Source of the DNA: Octopus bimaculoides
Lineage: Eukaryota
NCBI RefSeq assembly: GCF_001194135.2
Contig: NC_068991.1
Span: forward strand, 43,527,018-43,591,017
Direction of reading: 5' to 3'
Length of the DNA: 64,000 nucleotides
In this document: positions 25,701 to 40,165 of the stretch, one piece after another
Layout: each line of letters opens with the position of its first letter
How positions within the stretch are numbered: the first letter of the stretch is position 1
The notes under the pieces: model-generated
Told to the model about the DNA's origin: nothing
What the model saw: only the letters and a program-made list of their open reading frames with translations
Databases searched by the model: none
Made by a program: the position numbers and the translations under genes

Positions 25701-27646
25701 CAACCAGTTGAATCATGGATGTAAATGCATGCCTTTTTTGAGATGCAAGGTATTGTGCATGTAGGAAATGATTTTCAGTGGAAACTTCAAAGAAAAAATA
25801 AATTGCTGTTGAAAGGGGGAAAAAAACCCTTTAAAGAGTTATTTGCTGTTGTGGGTGGTCATATTGATGGCAGAGGCGGGTGAGCATCAATGAAGATGGT
25901 TATGGTGAATGGTGTTTGTAAATAGTTAAGTGTTGGTAGTGGATATGGTTGTTGTTCTTTGGTGATGTTAACACAAAATAGCAATTAGAGCTGCAAGTAG
26001 TTATGTAGGTAATAACCATGAAAATATGATTGTTTGATGTAGCTGGAACTTATTAGAGTGATAATATCTCTGAAGGCTAGAAGCAATAGATATTAAACAT
26101 GTAATCTCTCTCTCTCTCTCTCTCTCTCATATGTGGTGTTAATATAATGGATATGTGGCTAGAGTGCACTAAATGACAGACTGTAATTTGTAAAGATAAT
26201 ATAGATTAAAAAAGAAATTGATTTAAAATAAAGCGCTTTAATAAGTTTAGAGAAAATATATAATTTTCAGTTTTTAAGTAAGATCTTTTTATCAAATAAT
26301 TTATCCTGGAGTTTTCTTAAATGTTTTAATTGGGATTATTTGGTACATCTTTAAGATTAATAATTTTACTATACTGCATTCACCCCATTAATTTCAGCAC
26401 ACTAACTTTAAAAGCAAATATTGCATATGCGTGTATTAGGAACAGCTTCTCATTTAGATATGTGCTATTCAAAACAAACTTGTTTTAGTTTTTATTGCTG
26501 CTTTTTTTTAATAACTGTACTTGTATGACCACTTACTACTTGTATGCATGTATAGGAATTTTTAGTGGTTAAAAGAATGTATATTGATACCAATTTATTG
26601 TTCCTTGTTCCTACATTTATGATTAAGAATGGAGCAGTCATTTCACCTGGGTCATTACCTAAACTATGTTGGATAGTAAAATTGAGAATAAAATTATTTC
26701 TAAATCTTTTAACTTCCTAGAGAAGACATGCAGGACAATTCACATATCTATAAAGGTGGAGGGTGTGTTAGACTTTTCTTCATAAAAGTAATATTGCACA
26801 AAGCAATTAATAGGATTAAATGGATCATTAATGTCTGAAATAGACATTTTAATAATTTAGTAGAGGAATAATATGCAAATAAATTTTAACAACAGACACA
26901 ACATCTATTAAAAATAAAAAAGAATCACACAAAGTAAATATATAGCAGCTAAGCAATTGAATAGCTGAATAGATCATTGAAAAGCCTTTTAAGTTGAACA
27001 GGATACAATATGCATTACACTTAATCATAAAGTAATATCAAAAGCTGGAACATTAGAAATCTCCCATCAACAACAAACAGCAAACCTGTTAATAAACTAT
27101 AAATGGCTTGTCTTCCAGAACAAAAGACAAGTTGCTCAATACAGCAAACCCAGTTGGTAAAATAAAGGCTGTAGGTTCAATCTCTGAAAAACAAGAGAAT
27201 ACCAACTGATACATTCAGTCAGCAATACATCGAAGATGAGAAAAGTAGTTTGAGAAACAAACATTTATAAATCTAATTGTGACAGTAAAACACTATATGA
27301 AAACACAAGCATCTTATTTAAAATATCACTACTACCACTACAAAAAAAGAAAAGAAAAAAAAAACAAAAAGGAATAGAAGTTAGTTATAGAATCAGTATC
27401 TTAATAGCAGTATGTAACTCAAAACGTAACGCTTATATAATACACAATTATAACTGAGACTTTTATACTGGTCAAAAATTCAAAAGCCTGAAGATGGCTA
27501 GTCAGACACATAAAGAGTATTTCCATGGGTCTCCTAAACATGACAAAAAAAATGTAATACCAACTGCCAGTACAGAAGTTCTCATCCAGAAGGTAACACA
27601 GAAGTGTTAAAATGGATCTTTGAACAACAACAACATTATTATTATT

Positions 27647-27708
<62 letters not shown>

Positions 27709-27739
27709 TATTATTATCATTATTATTATACTTCCAGTT

Positions 27740-30700
27740 AGAAGGCTAGAACATTGGTGGAAGCTTGACAGGTATTTTTGTTATCAAAACTACTGTCTTC
27801 ATTGATATTATTGTTTAAAAGGGAGTATAAGACAATAGGCTTTGTCCCCAGAAAAAAAGAACTAAATAACATTTGGGCCTTGTGCCCAGATATTGGTATT
27901 TGCGAAATGTTTACACGTTTGCAAGTGAAAAGTGGCGTGGAGGGGTGTAACTTTCTAATCCAAAACAAACCAGTTTGTGACAGCAGGAAAAGTCATGAAA
28001 ATGTAATTTTCACTGACACTAGTAATAATTTCGAGGACAAAATTGATAACGAATCCAAAAGCACCACAGAATCTATGGACAGCGATAAAATTAACTGCAA
28101 AGAACAAAGAAGTATTACGACAGAGAAAAGCAACACAATGGAGAACACACAATCACTCGATAGTCGAATAGACAACAAAATTGTAACTGCCTACTCCTCC
28201 AACAGAAATAATGTGGAAAATACCATGATAACTGATATCAACACAGAAAATAACAACTCCAACAACATGGAACAGAGAAGCTTAACAAAAAACAATAACA
28301 AAACGAATAACGACAACAAAAACATTGATGAGAACACAACCAATGCCAATTTCAACACCAGCAACAAAGAGGCAGGTGTATTTGGAAGTAACAATAGTAG
28401 TAACAACGTGAACTATTCCACCACCACCATCAACAGGGAGAGCAGAATAAGTACATTTACAGCAGCAGCTGCGAAATGCCAACAAAAGTACTATGAGATA
28501 GACATCTTCAACAAAAAAGCGATGTCAGCCCTGGCCCACAAACTCATAAAAAGAGAAAAAAACCCAGGCAACCCTCGCAATCCCAGCCAAAATGGAGGTA
28601 GAAATTGAGAAGAGGACAGTAAAGTATAGGTGCGTCTCGGCAGAGATGGCACTGAGATCAATCAGAGAGGATGTTGAATTCATTCAAAGAGACTGAAGTT
28701 TTGGTACCGTTTTGGTCCTTTTTAAAACAGAAGAGCTGGCCATGAAGCATTCGGTGGGAGCCTGTAAAAGTAACCAGCTTATAATGTACATGGGCAGAAG
28801 AACAATAAAAGTTTGAGTCCACGGAATAAACACCAGGTATCAACATATGGTGGCTCATGGGATGCGCGATTGCAGAGGGCAGCGACACTCTCCTCCTAGA
28901 AGTCCAACGGATGCAAAAAGAAGACTGGGTTGGGATGGATAAAAACACAAGACTTGGAGAACATCCCAGACCATGTCTGCCTCAAGGACGGGACGAAATT
29001 ACCCTTGATCACTGAGGGCAGAAAGCCTCATTGCTTTGCTTGTGGTGAAGCAATACACCTACAAGCACACTGTCCTCAGCGAAAAGGTACAAGTGTCTGT
29101 AGACTTGCGTTGACACCAATACCAGGGCTGGGAAAACAAAAATACAGCACCAGCTGTAGACCACCAACAACAGGGAAAGCAGCAAAAATAGCAATAATGG
29201 TGGCAGCAGTGGGAGGCATAGCAACAACACCAGCAGGAAAACTGTTGGAGAGGTCAACCACGAAAACCAACTCCTTGCAACCAAGCTCAACAACCCCACC
29301 TCTCACGAACAAACATGCAGAAAAAGATACACATAAAACACAAATTCACTTCCACACAGAGAGGAGGAGGTTGCAACATACACTGGTTCTACCACATTAA
29401 AAAGTGATGATGAGGGGAAACAGAGTAAATCCAAAAAACTGAAAAGAAGTCACAGAGGTGAGACATCTTGTCCTGCACCAAAACAAGATAACAAAGAAAC
29501 TACACATACACCCACAACAAATGCAGACACTCAGACAACTCCCGCAGCACCACAAACACCAAAACTCCCACTGCAGACAGAAAAGAATCCCAAAAGGAAA
29601 CTCACACTACAAATGCAACAAGAACAGCAAAAAGCAATGACGCAGGCAGCTAACTTTATGTTAGTAAGGAGGGCCAACAAAAAACTGATAGCCCTCTTAT
29701 CAGGAAGGAAGTACATTGAAAAAGATGGGGGGAAATCTTGGACTAGCACATGCAATGTGTCAAAGGATTTAATGATGGTGAGGATGGATTTGGACACTTA
29801 CCAAACAATGAGGGATGCCTTTCCAGACAATGTAGGGATCCTTCAAGTAAAGGTCAATGGAAGGCTTCTACAAGGGTTCCCAAAGGAGCCCAATGAAGAA
29901 ATGGAGGTAGGACCACCTGATCTCCAATGGCACCAAGATGGTAAGTAACACTCCTCATCTTTCTTGCCTTCCTTTTAGGCCAATTTGGCTGTGCTAAGAG
30001 TAGGCTGCATAAATGCACATGGCCTGGTGTCGTCCTGGAAGCAAGGTCGCTTGCTCAATGACTTCAGGTGGCTGAATTTGGATATAATAGCCATCAGTGA
30101 GACCAGGATCGCAGACACATGCACCTTAGCATCCATTTTTGACGATTTTGAGATCTTTGCATCTCTTAGTCGACCAGGGATGGGGGTGGGGTGACAGTGA
30201 TGTTCAGAAAAGGTCAGGATTTTGAGATATAGTTGGTCTTCCTGGACCCAGAAGGTTAGTCAGTGGTCCTGGATATGAATGATAATAAAGGCAGTACTTT
30301 TAGACTGGTTGCTATGTATGCTCCAACTGGATCGGGCAGCCGGATTTCTTCAGACATTTGGAGGTCTTTCTAGTGTTATTGGGCGACTAGAACGCCATCT
30401 TGGATGCATGTGTAGATTGGGTGGGGCTAGCAGATAGAAAAGTGGAGTGTGCAAGCCTGCTCAGTCGTTTCCAACTGGCTGACAGGTTGAGACTGGATTA
30501 CCTGAATGCCCCAGTGTGGACATGGGCAACAGCATCAGGTCATCCAGATCTTATCTCGATAGGATATTTTATTGGCCAGCAGATAGGGATAGCATAGGTT
30601 GCCCACAATTCGAACTCATCAGCTATACAGACCACAAGTTTGTGAACTGTACGGTTGACCTAGATAGGCTTCATAAGCAGGCTCCTGGATACTGGAAGCT

Positions 30701-33470
30701 GAATGCATCCTTCCCGGCGCATCGAGCTTTCGGAGAACAACTTAGCAAGTTGACAGGTGCAGTCAACAACCGATGGTGGGTAGCCCCCAAATGAGAGATT
30801 AGAGTAGAAGCTGTAAAATTTAGCAGAGAACTAGTGATACAGAAGACTAGAGTAGAGGGAGACCTAGTTAGGAAATTAGAAGAGGCACTCAGTAGAGGCA
30901 TAGCAACCAACGTGCTGACAGCGAGATTGGTTCTGAACAAATTCTTCCACACCAAGTATGGAGGTTGCATTGTCAGAGCTAGGGCACGTGTTCTAAAACA
31001 GGAGGGAACAAAAGCCGTTTGATGGGCTCGGGTGGCCGAGGCGCAACATGGTAATAAAACTACAATTCGGTCTTTAGGGGAGGGGTCAGGACAGGCACAT
31101 GCTACATGGGTCCAAGCAGATTTGTGTGGAATTTCAGCGGCACTTTGCTGAACTGTACAGGGCACATGGTGGTCTGGAGGTGGTGATGAACCTCACTTCT
31201 TACCTTGATGGTCTGCTGTGGCTTTCAGCCAGGGATGTGGAGTTCTGCCAAATGCTGATAACAGTTGAAGATATATATGACGCGTTGGCTAGTTGCACAA
31301 GGGGGGAAATCTCCAGGATTGGATGGTCTGTCCTTCAAGCTTTATATTCATATGTCAGGCTTGTTCAGTGAGCTTTTGCAGAGTGTTTTCTGCAACTGGC
31401 AGCAGAACAGGAAAATCCCCAGATCTGTGAGCCATGATGTGGTGGCGCTTCTGAGAAAGGATCTGAACAAGGAGTACATTGTTGATAACTGTAGACCTGT
31501 AACTCTGCTAAATGCAGATTACAAAATTTTGGCCAAGGTGTTAGCAAAGAGGTTGGCGCTTGCCGTAGACAGACTGGTGGGTGATGAACAGACTTGCACT
31601 ATCCTCATCCAATCTATCCACGACAATCTCTACTTCATGCGATACATCATAGAGAGGGTTGGTAAAGAACCTGGCATGGGTGGGGCCCTGATCAATTTGG
31701 ATCAATCGAAAGCTTTCAATAGGATTGACCATCAGTATTTGGAGGATGTCCTTAAGGTAGCTGGTTTCGGTCCTGTTTTCAGAGGTTGGATCACTGCAAT
31801 ATACAGCGACATCTGTTCGTTGGTCAAAGTAAATAGCTACCTGTCGGAATCGTTTAGCATCGCACGTTCAGTCCATCGAGGATGCCCACTCTCATCTTTT
31901 CTCTATGTACTGGTATTGAAGCCATTACTACAGAAGCTGAATGTTTTGAGGGGCATCCCAAGTGAACTAAGATGTGGAAGGTTTGTGTCGGCATATGTGG
32001 ACGAAGTCACAATGATAGTGTCGGACGTCTCGGAAATTGAGATGGTTGGCACTACCCTAAGGGAATACGAAGTGGTGACAGGAGCAATGATTATCCAGAA
32101 GTCAGTGGGTCTGCAGCTTGGCCCCTGGAGAGGCAGGTCCTTGCCAACCAACAGCTTTGTGGTGCGCTGGACGGAAGGACTGGTTAAGTTGCTCAGGATC
32201 TGGTTAAGTTGCTCAGGATCTGGTTAAGTTGCTCAGGATCTGGTTCAGTCTGGACCTCCAAGTGGACAAGAACTGGGGTGAGATGACAAACAGGGTGGCT
32301 AGTCTCATCTAGAAATGGGCCGCGAGGAAGCTGTCCTTGAAAGGTCAGGTGGATGTGGCGAATGCGTACATTGCATCCATCATGTACTACCGCCTGACTG
32401 TTGTCTCTTGCCTCACTTCATGGCTGAACAGGCTAGTGTGCTTGCTCTTCTGCTTCCTGTGGAAGGGACAGGTACCGCTTGTCAGACAGTCCATTTGCTG
32501 TCAGTACTCATTGCGTGGAGGACTGGGCATGCCATGGCTGATGATGCACAGACATGCACTGAGGCTGCAACATCTCCGGTAATACCTTAACGGTAAGCAA
32601 GTATGGTTACTGTTTGTTGAATGCGCTTTTCCATAGCTCATCTCCTTGATGTGTCTACAGTTCTGGATCAGGCATAGACCAAGGCAGGGTGCTTGGCACC
32701 TAGAGTGTCTCCAAGTGCTCACAGCCCTTGGCCAGTCAGGCAGTGTGGTCGGTGGAAGTTCCACCTTGAAGTTCTATAGAGGATTAGTGGCAGACAAGAG
32801 TGATGACATTCTCAGAGAGGTTCTGGCGTCGGGAGGGATCAACTGGCTGGTCTCTTCCAAAGCACTTTCGGGCTGGGGCCTGTGGATAACTTTCAGAAAT
32901 CCCTGGCTTGGAAGTGCTACTGGGGGGCTCTGCCAGTTCGCAATAAGCTCTACAGGCACAGGTGTGCAGTCAGACGGGCTTGTCTGAGATGCACGCGGAA
33001 TAATGAAACTGTTCTGCATGCTCTCATACAATGTCCACACATTGCTGCTTGGTGGAGCTTTGTTGAACAGTTATTCTCACGTATAGGATGGATCCAGCTA
33101 TCGTCCAACTCCATTGTGAAGATCACCCTGCCTCCTTCCTTTGGCTGGGAAGGACAAGCAGCTTTTCTCTATTTGGTGGCTATGGCAAAAGTGGTTGTGT
33201 GGTGGACATGATTGAAAGGGTTGAAGATGGTACCTTCCTCTTCGGCAAAGGCCTCATTGACTTTTTCAGGTTCCACCTGAAAAGGAAAGTGAGGCTGGAG
33301 AAGGAGGTGCTGTCACCCAGTAAGTTTGTTGAAAGGTGGGTGAATGTGACAAGAATGGTCCATGTGAATGGGCCTACTCTGTGTGCCTGTAGGCCAGATG
33401 GAATGAGGAAGAGAGGGGTGCCTACCTTAGGTGCCTTTGGTGTTAAGGGGTCGAAAGTGTGTGAAAGTAT
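27740..33470 (+). mobile_element. Tx1/L1-clade non-LTR retrotransposon, near full length but inactivated (intron 1 of the host gene)
   Basis: ORF1 with zinc knuckle CFACGEAIHLQAHC (~29035); APE endonuclease LRVGCINAHG...IAISET (29985); RT KSPGLDG, RPVTLLNADYKILAK, VHRGCPLS, YVDE (31265-32227); zf-RVT CLRC...ETVLHALIQC (~32980). Multiple stops and frameshifts. Confidence 0.92.
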
Positions 33471-36400
33471 TATTATTATTCAAAATGAAACCTAACACTA
33501 ATAAGATATTGTGATAAAACAAATTGAATTTGGATGGTAGCAGTGTTTTCAGACAAGACATACAGTTAAGCATATCCCTTCCTGGATATGTCTTAATATC
33601 ATGAAATTGTCATGTTCATTGCTTTCTTATACAAAGTTTTGAGGGATAAGATACTTAGGTTCTAAACAGAATTCTGATATTTGTATCTTAACTAAAGGTC
33701 CTAGCAATATAAGCAAGATGAAAAATAAAATCAGGAGAGTTAGGAGTTCAAAAGTGGATTATGACTTAGCATGATAGCAGTAACCATTCTACTTTCTAAA
33801 ACTGACTGTGATGCCATTTTGTTTTGGCATATATACATTTCCCAAGGATACTAACATTGTAAATGAAATGAGACACTTTTTTTTATTATATTGCAGACTC
33901 ACTTAACCAAATGTAACTACTGCACTTCAGCAACTGTACCTTATCTGAAAAATTTTAAAACTACACCATTTTAACTGTGTGTCAAGCTAAATTTTCAACA
34001 TGAAGAATGAATGTTACCAGACCATGCTTCCAAGTTCAAAAAGTAAAAATTAATAAATTAGTTCTGTACAGAGGAAGGTGTGACTGTATGGGTAAGAAAT
34101 TCTCTTCCCAACCTGATTTAGGGATTCAGTCCCACTCTTTAGCATTTTGGGTGTCTTCTACTATAGCTCCTGGTTGGCCAAAGCCCCCAAAGCCTTATGA
34201 GTGTATTTGGTAGACAGAAACTGAAAGAGAACTGTCATATATACATATCTATAAAATGTGTGCGTGTCTGTTTACATTTTGCTCACTTCTATGAAAGTTG
34301 TTACATATGTGCAATGTTGTTGTCAGTTCTCTTGTCAGCACATCATCTGCTTGCTTTACTCTTTTGAAGCCATGTGGAATAAAAGATCCCTTGCTTGAAA
34401 AACAGGTAAGGATTAGTAACAGGAAGGACATTTGACTGTAAAGCAGTGCCTCAAAAACAAATTCATCTAACCCATGCATGCATAGACAAATGGATGTAAA
34501 AACGAATGATAAAAATAAATGAACAATTCAAATTAAACAATATTAATCAATGTCCTCTCTCTGTTTTTAGTACTAATGCTACTATAATTCTCTCTATGCA
34601 GCTCTATCTAAATACTGCCTGTGTCCCTAGCTTTCTTCAATCATCCTTACTGTAGCCATAGGGGATGTAATAGTTACTATATGGAGTATTTTCTTCTAGA
34701 GGGATTGATCAGTGAAGTTAACCCAAACAGGATTTGAACTCAAAGGAACAAAGGTAGTTACTGCAAGGTTCAATGCTTTCCCATATCTACTTACCACTCT
34801 TCTATGTAGGTGCAATGTCAACTCCAGTAAATAATGATTTGTTCGTATTTTATGAATATGAATCATTTGACTCGCACTGAATTTGAACTTAAAAGTAGAG
34901 ATGACATCGGCAGAAGAATAATAGCTAAGTTAGTGTGAGCTTTATTTCAGGCTTTCTGAACCTCATCAGTAAAGTGTAAATTTCTCTATACTTGTTAAAG
35001 TAGCGATAAGACAATTACTAAATAGATGTACAATATTATACTTGTATTCATTTGTTTTACATCCCTATTCCATGCTAGCATGGGTTAGACATGTTCAGCA
35101 TCCAACAGTTGGATGCTATTTCTGTTGTTAACCTTTGCCTGTTTTTCAAGTAAAGGATCTCTTATTTCACATATCTTTGAAGGTGTGAAGTGAGTGGGAA
35201 ATTTGTTGTCAGTAGAAGTAACAGCAGCAACACTGCTTGTAGCAAGTATCATTTATAAAGCACAAATATAAACAAACACACACGCACACACATATAATGT
35301 TTCTGTCTACCAAATTCACTCAAGACTTTGGTTTGTCTGGGTACAAAACACTTATCCAAGGTGCTGCACTGTGGGACTGAACATGAAACCATATGGTTGT
35401 GAAGCTAATTTCTAAGCCATACAGCTATGCCAACACTTTGAGAGAAAATTAGCACTTTTATTCAGGAACACCATCAGTATTAAAAATAGTTAAGTTAATG
35501 ATCACTGCTTTGACAAGTTTATGCTTTGCTGAGCAGGTATAATAAGACCAAAGCATGTCTAGGGTTGTCTCCTGTACATAGTAGAATAATATACTATAAG
35601 ATAGTATATAATTATTATTATTGGTGGTGGTGGTAGCATCAATAATGATAACTGTCAAGAATTGCCATGGGGGTAGTAAGCTCCTGGCAAACTATATGAT
35701 GCGAGTCAGCTTTGATTCTTGTCTTAGGTATTGCACCTATTCTACTAATACTTATGAGAAAAGGCACAAACATCACAACTACAATCCTTTCACTCTGTAC
35801 AACAATAGTGCTGATCTTTTATCACAAACACATAAACATCAGGCAGTTAACTTAATGCGGAATAAATATTTTATCTTTTATAGTTGTAGTGGCATAAAAT
35901 CTTGTAGTTTATTTAAATCATTAAACAGTATAAAAATAGGAAGGTAATCGAAGTCGCCTAACAATGCCAAGTTGGAGAAAAATGATCTGTTCAATATTTC
36001 ATTATCATCATTATTTTAATGCCCACTTTTCCATGTTTGGATGGATCAGATAGAATTTGTTGAAGTAAATTTTGTACTACTGGATGCCCTCCTTGTCACC
36101 AACTTTCACTTGTTCCCAAATAAGATATTTTCTCTATGGTTAGACGTGTTATACGAAAGATTAGAAACAAATAAGTTTTTATGATAGTGTTGCTTGTTGA
36201 CAACTATTGTGCAATGTCTAGACAAGGAGATACTAGCACTCCTACACACACACACACACACTGTCTGCTGGATCTACTCACAAAATTTTGGTAAGCTTTT
36301 TGCTAAGACACTTACCAAAGGTGCCATGTTGTAGAACAGAACCTGAATCACATGGTTAAGAAACAAACTTCTTTACCACAAATTTAATATTCTAGCTTCT

Positions 36401-36973
36401 TTTTCTTTAAAAAAACAAAAGACCCTAATCACTAACTAGAAGTTTTTCATTGGGAGCTAAAGTGTTTACAATACTACACATGTCAAAGAGGCACAAAGAT
36501 GAGTAGATAGCAATATTAATACAATAAACTATTAATAAATAGTCAAGATGATGGTGACTGTTAATCAGTGATTAATCTTTTAGGCAAGTCTGTCATATTT
36601 CTGAGCTCTAATGAATATAAGAAATGTGTAAAATGTTGCAGCCTATGTAAAACATGTTGCATTTTTTGCTATCTTTTATAGTTGAGGTAGCATAAGATTT
36701 TGTTTATTTCAATAGAGCATGCTATAAACTCTAAAGTGCTTAGTTGTTTGCCACTGTGTGCCCAAGGTGCCATACAGTGGGGCTGAACGAGCTTCTTATC
36801 CATACTGCCATGACTATTTTTTTTTTACACCAAAATTATATATATATANNNNNNNNNNNNNNNNNNNNNNNNNNNNNNNNNNNNNNNNNNNNNNNNNNNN
36901 NNNNNNNNNNNNNNNNNNNTACACACATACATACAGACGAGAAATTATTGTTATGTTGTATTCTTTTAAATAG

Positions 36974-37095
36974 GATGTTGGCAAGCATTTGAAAATGCTT
37001 TCTCCTATCAATTCTGTCAAATTTATGGAAGATTTTGATCCAGAAAAAAGTAGCAGGGAAATGCGTAAAATGAACCGAAGAATTTATCGAGAGAA
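36974..37095 (+). CDS. ARL14EP: Coding exon 2 of HTH-ARL14EP fusion gene
   Basis: Acceptor TTCTTTTAAATAG| and donor GAGAA|GTACGT. 122 nt, phase 0 in, phase 2 out. DVGKHLKMLSPINSVKFMEDFDPEKSSREMRKMNRR resembles the ARL14EP F.PE...RE.R..R motif. Confidence 0.88.
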
Positions 37096-39059
37096 GTACG
37101 TTTTCTGTATTTTCCATTCTTGAATGTATTTCATTTCTCAATATTGTGGCCTATAATTAAATTTGTTTTTGTGACTTTATTTCTGTAGAATAGACTGACT
37201 ATAATTTAGTGATGTATCTATAACTTTATATATTGGTATTATGTTGTGTTGAAGTTGACCAATGAAAATCTCACATTATCATTCTTGTTTTAAGATTTTA
37301 ATTTAAATATGAGCACTTGGAGGCACACAGTCTTATGTGGGTTGATATTAAAAGGGCTAAACAGTTTTTGTTCAGTTTGAGTTTTAGGAAACATCTTTGT
37401 TGTGGCCTTTGTAGTGTCACTGTAACTTGGTGGGAGTTTAAGAAGGATGCTTTTAGTTTTTTTAACATCCCACAAACTTCTGTTAGCATTTCTTTGTGTT
37501 TATTTTTTTTTATGGTCTGACAGCATATTTTAAAAATAGAGAAAACAAAACACTCTTTAATACAAATAACATCTTTTCCTTTCTATCCATATTCATTACC
37601 AGAAAATGTTGCTGTGTGGTGGGACTTATCCTAGCTTTTATAACATTGAAGAGTTGAGAGACATACCTCTCGTTTTAGGACTCTTGAGGGCTAAGACTCT
37701 TACCAAGTAGGATGTTAATGAAGATTATCTGGTACCCAGGGAGATGTAAACTGAAAAGTGTATTGTCCAAATACATATAAAATCTCAATATTAAATATTA
37801 AGTGTATAAATATCTGAAATAAATTATTGTTAGTAGGTTTCAATTTTTTTCATGTGGTAAGAAGTTTGCTTTTGCACCATATAGTTCTGGGTTCAGTCCC
37901 ACTGCATAGCCCCTTGGGCCAAGTCCCTTCAACTCTAACCCTGGGCCAACCAAAGTCTTGTAAGTGAATTTGATAGACAGAAATAAAAGAAGCTTTTCAT
38001 GTGTGTCCCCCCACGTCATCATTTGACAACCAGTGTTGATTTATTTTTGTCCTTATAGCTTGGTAGTTCTACAAACGAGATTAGAATAAGTTCCAGGTTT
38101 TAAAAACAAAGTATTGGGTCAACTCATTCAAAGTGGAGCCTCCACATGGCCACAGTAGAATGATTGAAACAAGTAAAAGATAGAAGAGATTAACCTTGTA
38201 TTTAGAGATGAAATTTTTTTTATTTTTTACTTATATGATGTTCCATTCAGGGTGATTGCTTGTCATCTTGGGAGTGCAAATTAGTACCAGACTGAATTTG
38301 AAGCAAACCATTTGAAATATGATGAAGATGTGAATATTAAAATTGCTTTCATATCTAAAGATAAGGTTAATATTGTGTGTATAATATAATGTATATACAA
38401 AAGTGAAACAACACTAGCTGTAATATTTTGTTTCAGTGAAACTGCTTAAAGAGATTTATGTGTTAAAAATATAGGGCTTTGTTCAGAATGTTAGTGGATC
38501 ACCAGATTCACTGTTTCAACCTGATTTGATCTCCTCAGTAACAGATACTACAGATGTTCTGAGCCAATCCAAAAATGCTTGTTCTGTTATAGAAATTTAC
38601 AAGCAAAGCATTTACTGATTTGTGCAAAAGCTGGCCAGGCTAGAACTAAATTAATATATGCACTTGAAACAGTTACAGGTTCAAATGTCTGTGTGTATAA
38701 CATTTATAATGTTTATACAAATGTGGAACAGAACTAGCTATATTATTTTATCTTAGAGAATTATTTTAAAATTTATAAACCTATTCTATGAAATAAGTTG
38801 ATATATTCTATCTAATAAGTACGTTGTTCTTTTAAACATTTGAGATATAAATAGATAATTGGTAAGTAGCTTATCTGATATTTTTACCTTCTGAAATCAA
38901 GTATACACTAAAATTCGGTTAAAGAAATCCGAGATTAGGTTGCAAACAATATGATACAGAGTAATAGGATATTACGTATAACCTTTCAGTTATACACCTT
39001 GTCTACTGTGTACTCTTGAAACAGTAATCTTTGCCTATACACACACACACGCACACATA

Positions 39060-39929
39060 CAGGATGCGTTGAATATATTATCTAAATTACGCTAAAATGA
39101 AAATAACTCTGACATCTCATTTTAACATATATTTACCAAAATTACATAAAAATATCTTGAGATACTATAGAGTAAATTTATTCAATAAAATCACCATTGA
39201 CTTCAACCACAGCCTCCAGACGATTTCGGAATCTCCTGCAACTCTTTTGGACAGTCTCCTTGTTTAAGTTGGTGAATACTGCTATAATCCTTGCCTTCAG
39301 TTCATCTTTGGTGTTACAAGGAGTTTTCTTGGTTTTTCTCTCAACTGTGCCCCACACATAATAATCAAAGGAGTTGCTGTCTGGGGAGTTAGGTGGCCAG
39401 ATGTTAAGAGTGGTGTGGTCGCTGGAATTGTCTGACAGCCATGACTGGGTTCTTCTGTTTGTATGGCATAGTGCAGAGTCCTGTTGCCAGACATAGGGTC
39501 TTCCAGCAGCCACCCTCTTGACCCAGGGCAGCACTACCTCCTCCAGGTGCTTGATGTAGGCCTCTGTATTGAGTCTGAGGCTATGTGGGAAGATGAATGA
39601 GGGCATAACGCCACCATCACTAGTGATCACTTCAAACTCCATGATGTTGGCTACATGTTTGATTTTTATCACTCTTGGTACATGTTTTGGGGACACGGCA
39701 AGCCAAAGGTTGTTTTGTGTATTCACCATCTGTTCGTACTGGAGCTTCCAGTGTGAATGCCCAGCAGTACAGCATGTCGTTTACAAATTTCTGGCAGAGT
39801 GAATTGTGTCTGTTTTCTCACAGACAGTGCACAACTGGCCCTACCATACTGTGTAGTTGACAAAATCAAAAACAAGCAATGCATAGAATTAAAAATATAA
39901 AATGGCGACAATTTACCCATCGCACCCTG
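39060..39929 (-). mobile_element. Internally deleted Tc1/mariner DD37D (maT-type) transposon
   Basis: QQDSALCH...WPPNSPDSNSFDYYVW with 37 residues between the two Ds. Degenerate TIRs CAGGATGCG (39060) and CGCACCCTG (39921-39929), TA on both flanks. N-terminal region and first D deleted. Confidence 0.88.
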
Positions 39930-40165
39930 TATTTATGCATATACATAAATACATACATACACACACATATATACTTACATATATTCATATACATATATAT
40001 ATAAAGAGAGAGAGTGCAATACAACAAATATGTTTGAATATATTGTAATTTTATTCATCTCAAGTTTCAATTACCAAAATATATTTCTGTAAAATATTTT
40101 TCTTGAAAGCTAATCAAATTTGATTTGAAATAACTTTTTTATTATTTTTTCATTTTTAATATCAG

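Noticed and set aside
27778-28608. 276-aa Asn/Thr-rich ORF as a host gene or extra exon
   Set aside because: Its 3' part continues, across frameshifts, into the ORF1 region homologous to the second LINE, so it is treated as LINE ORF1.
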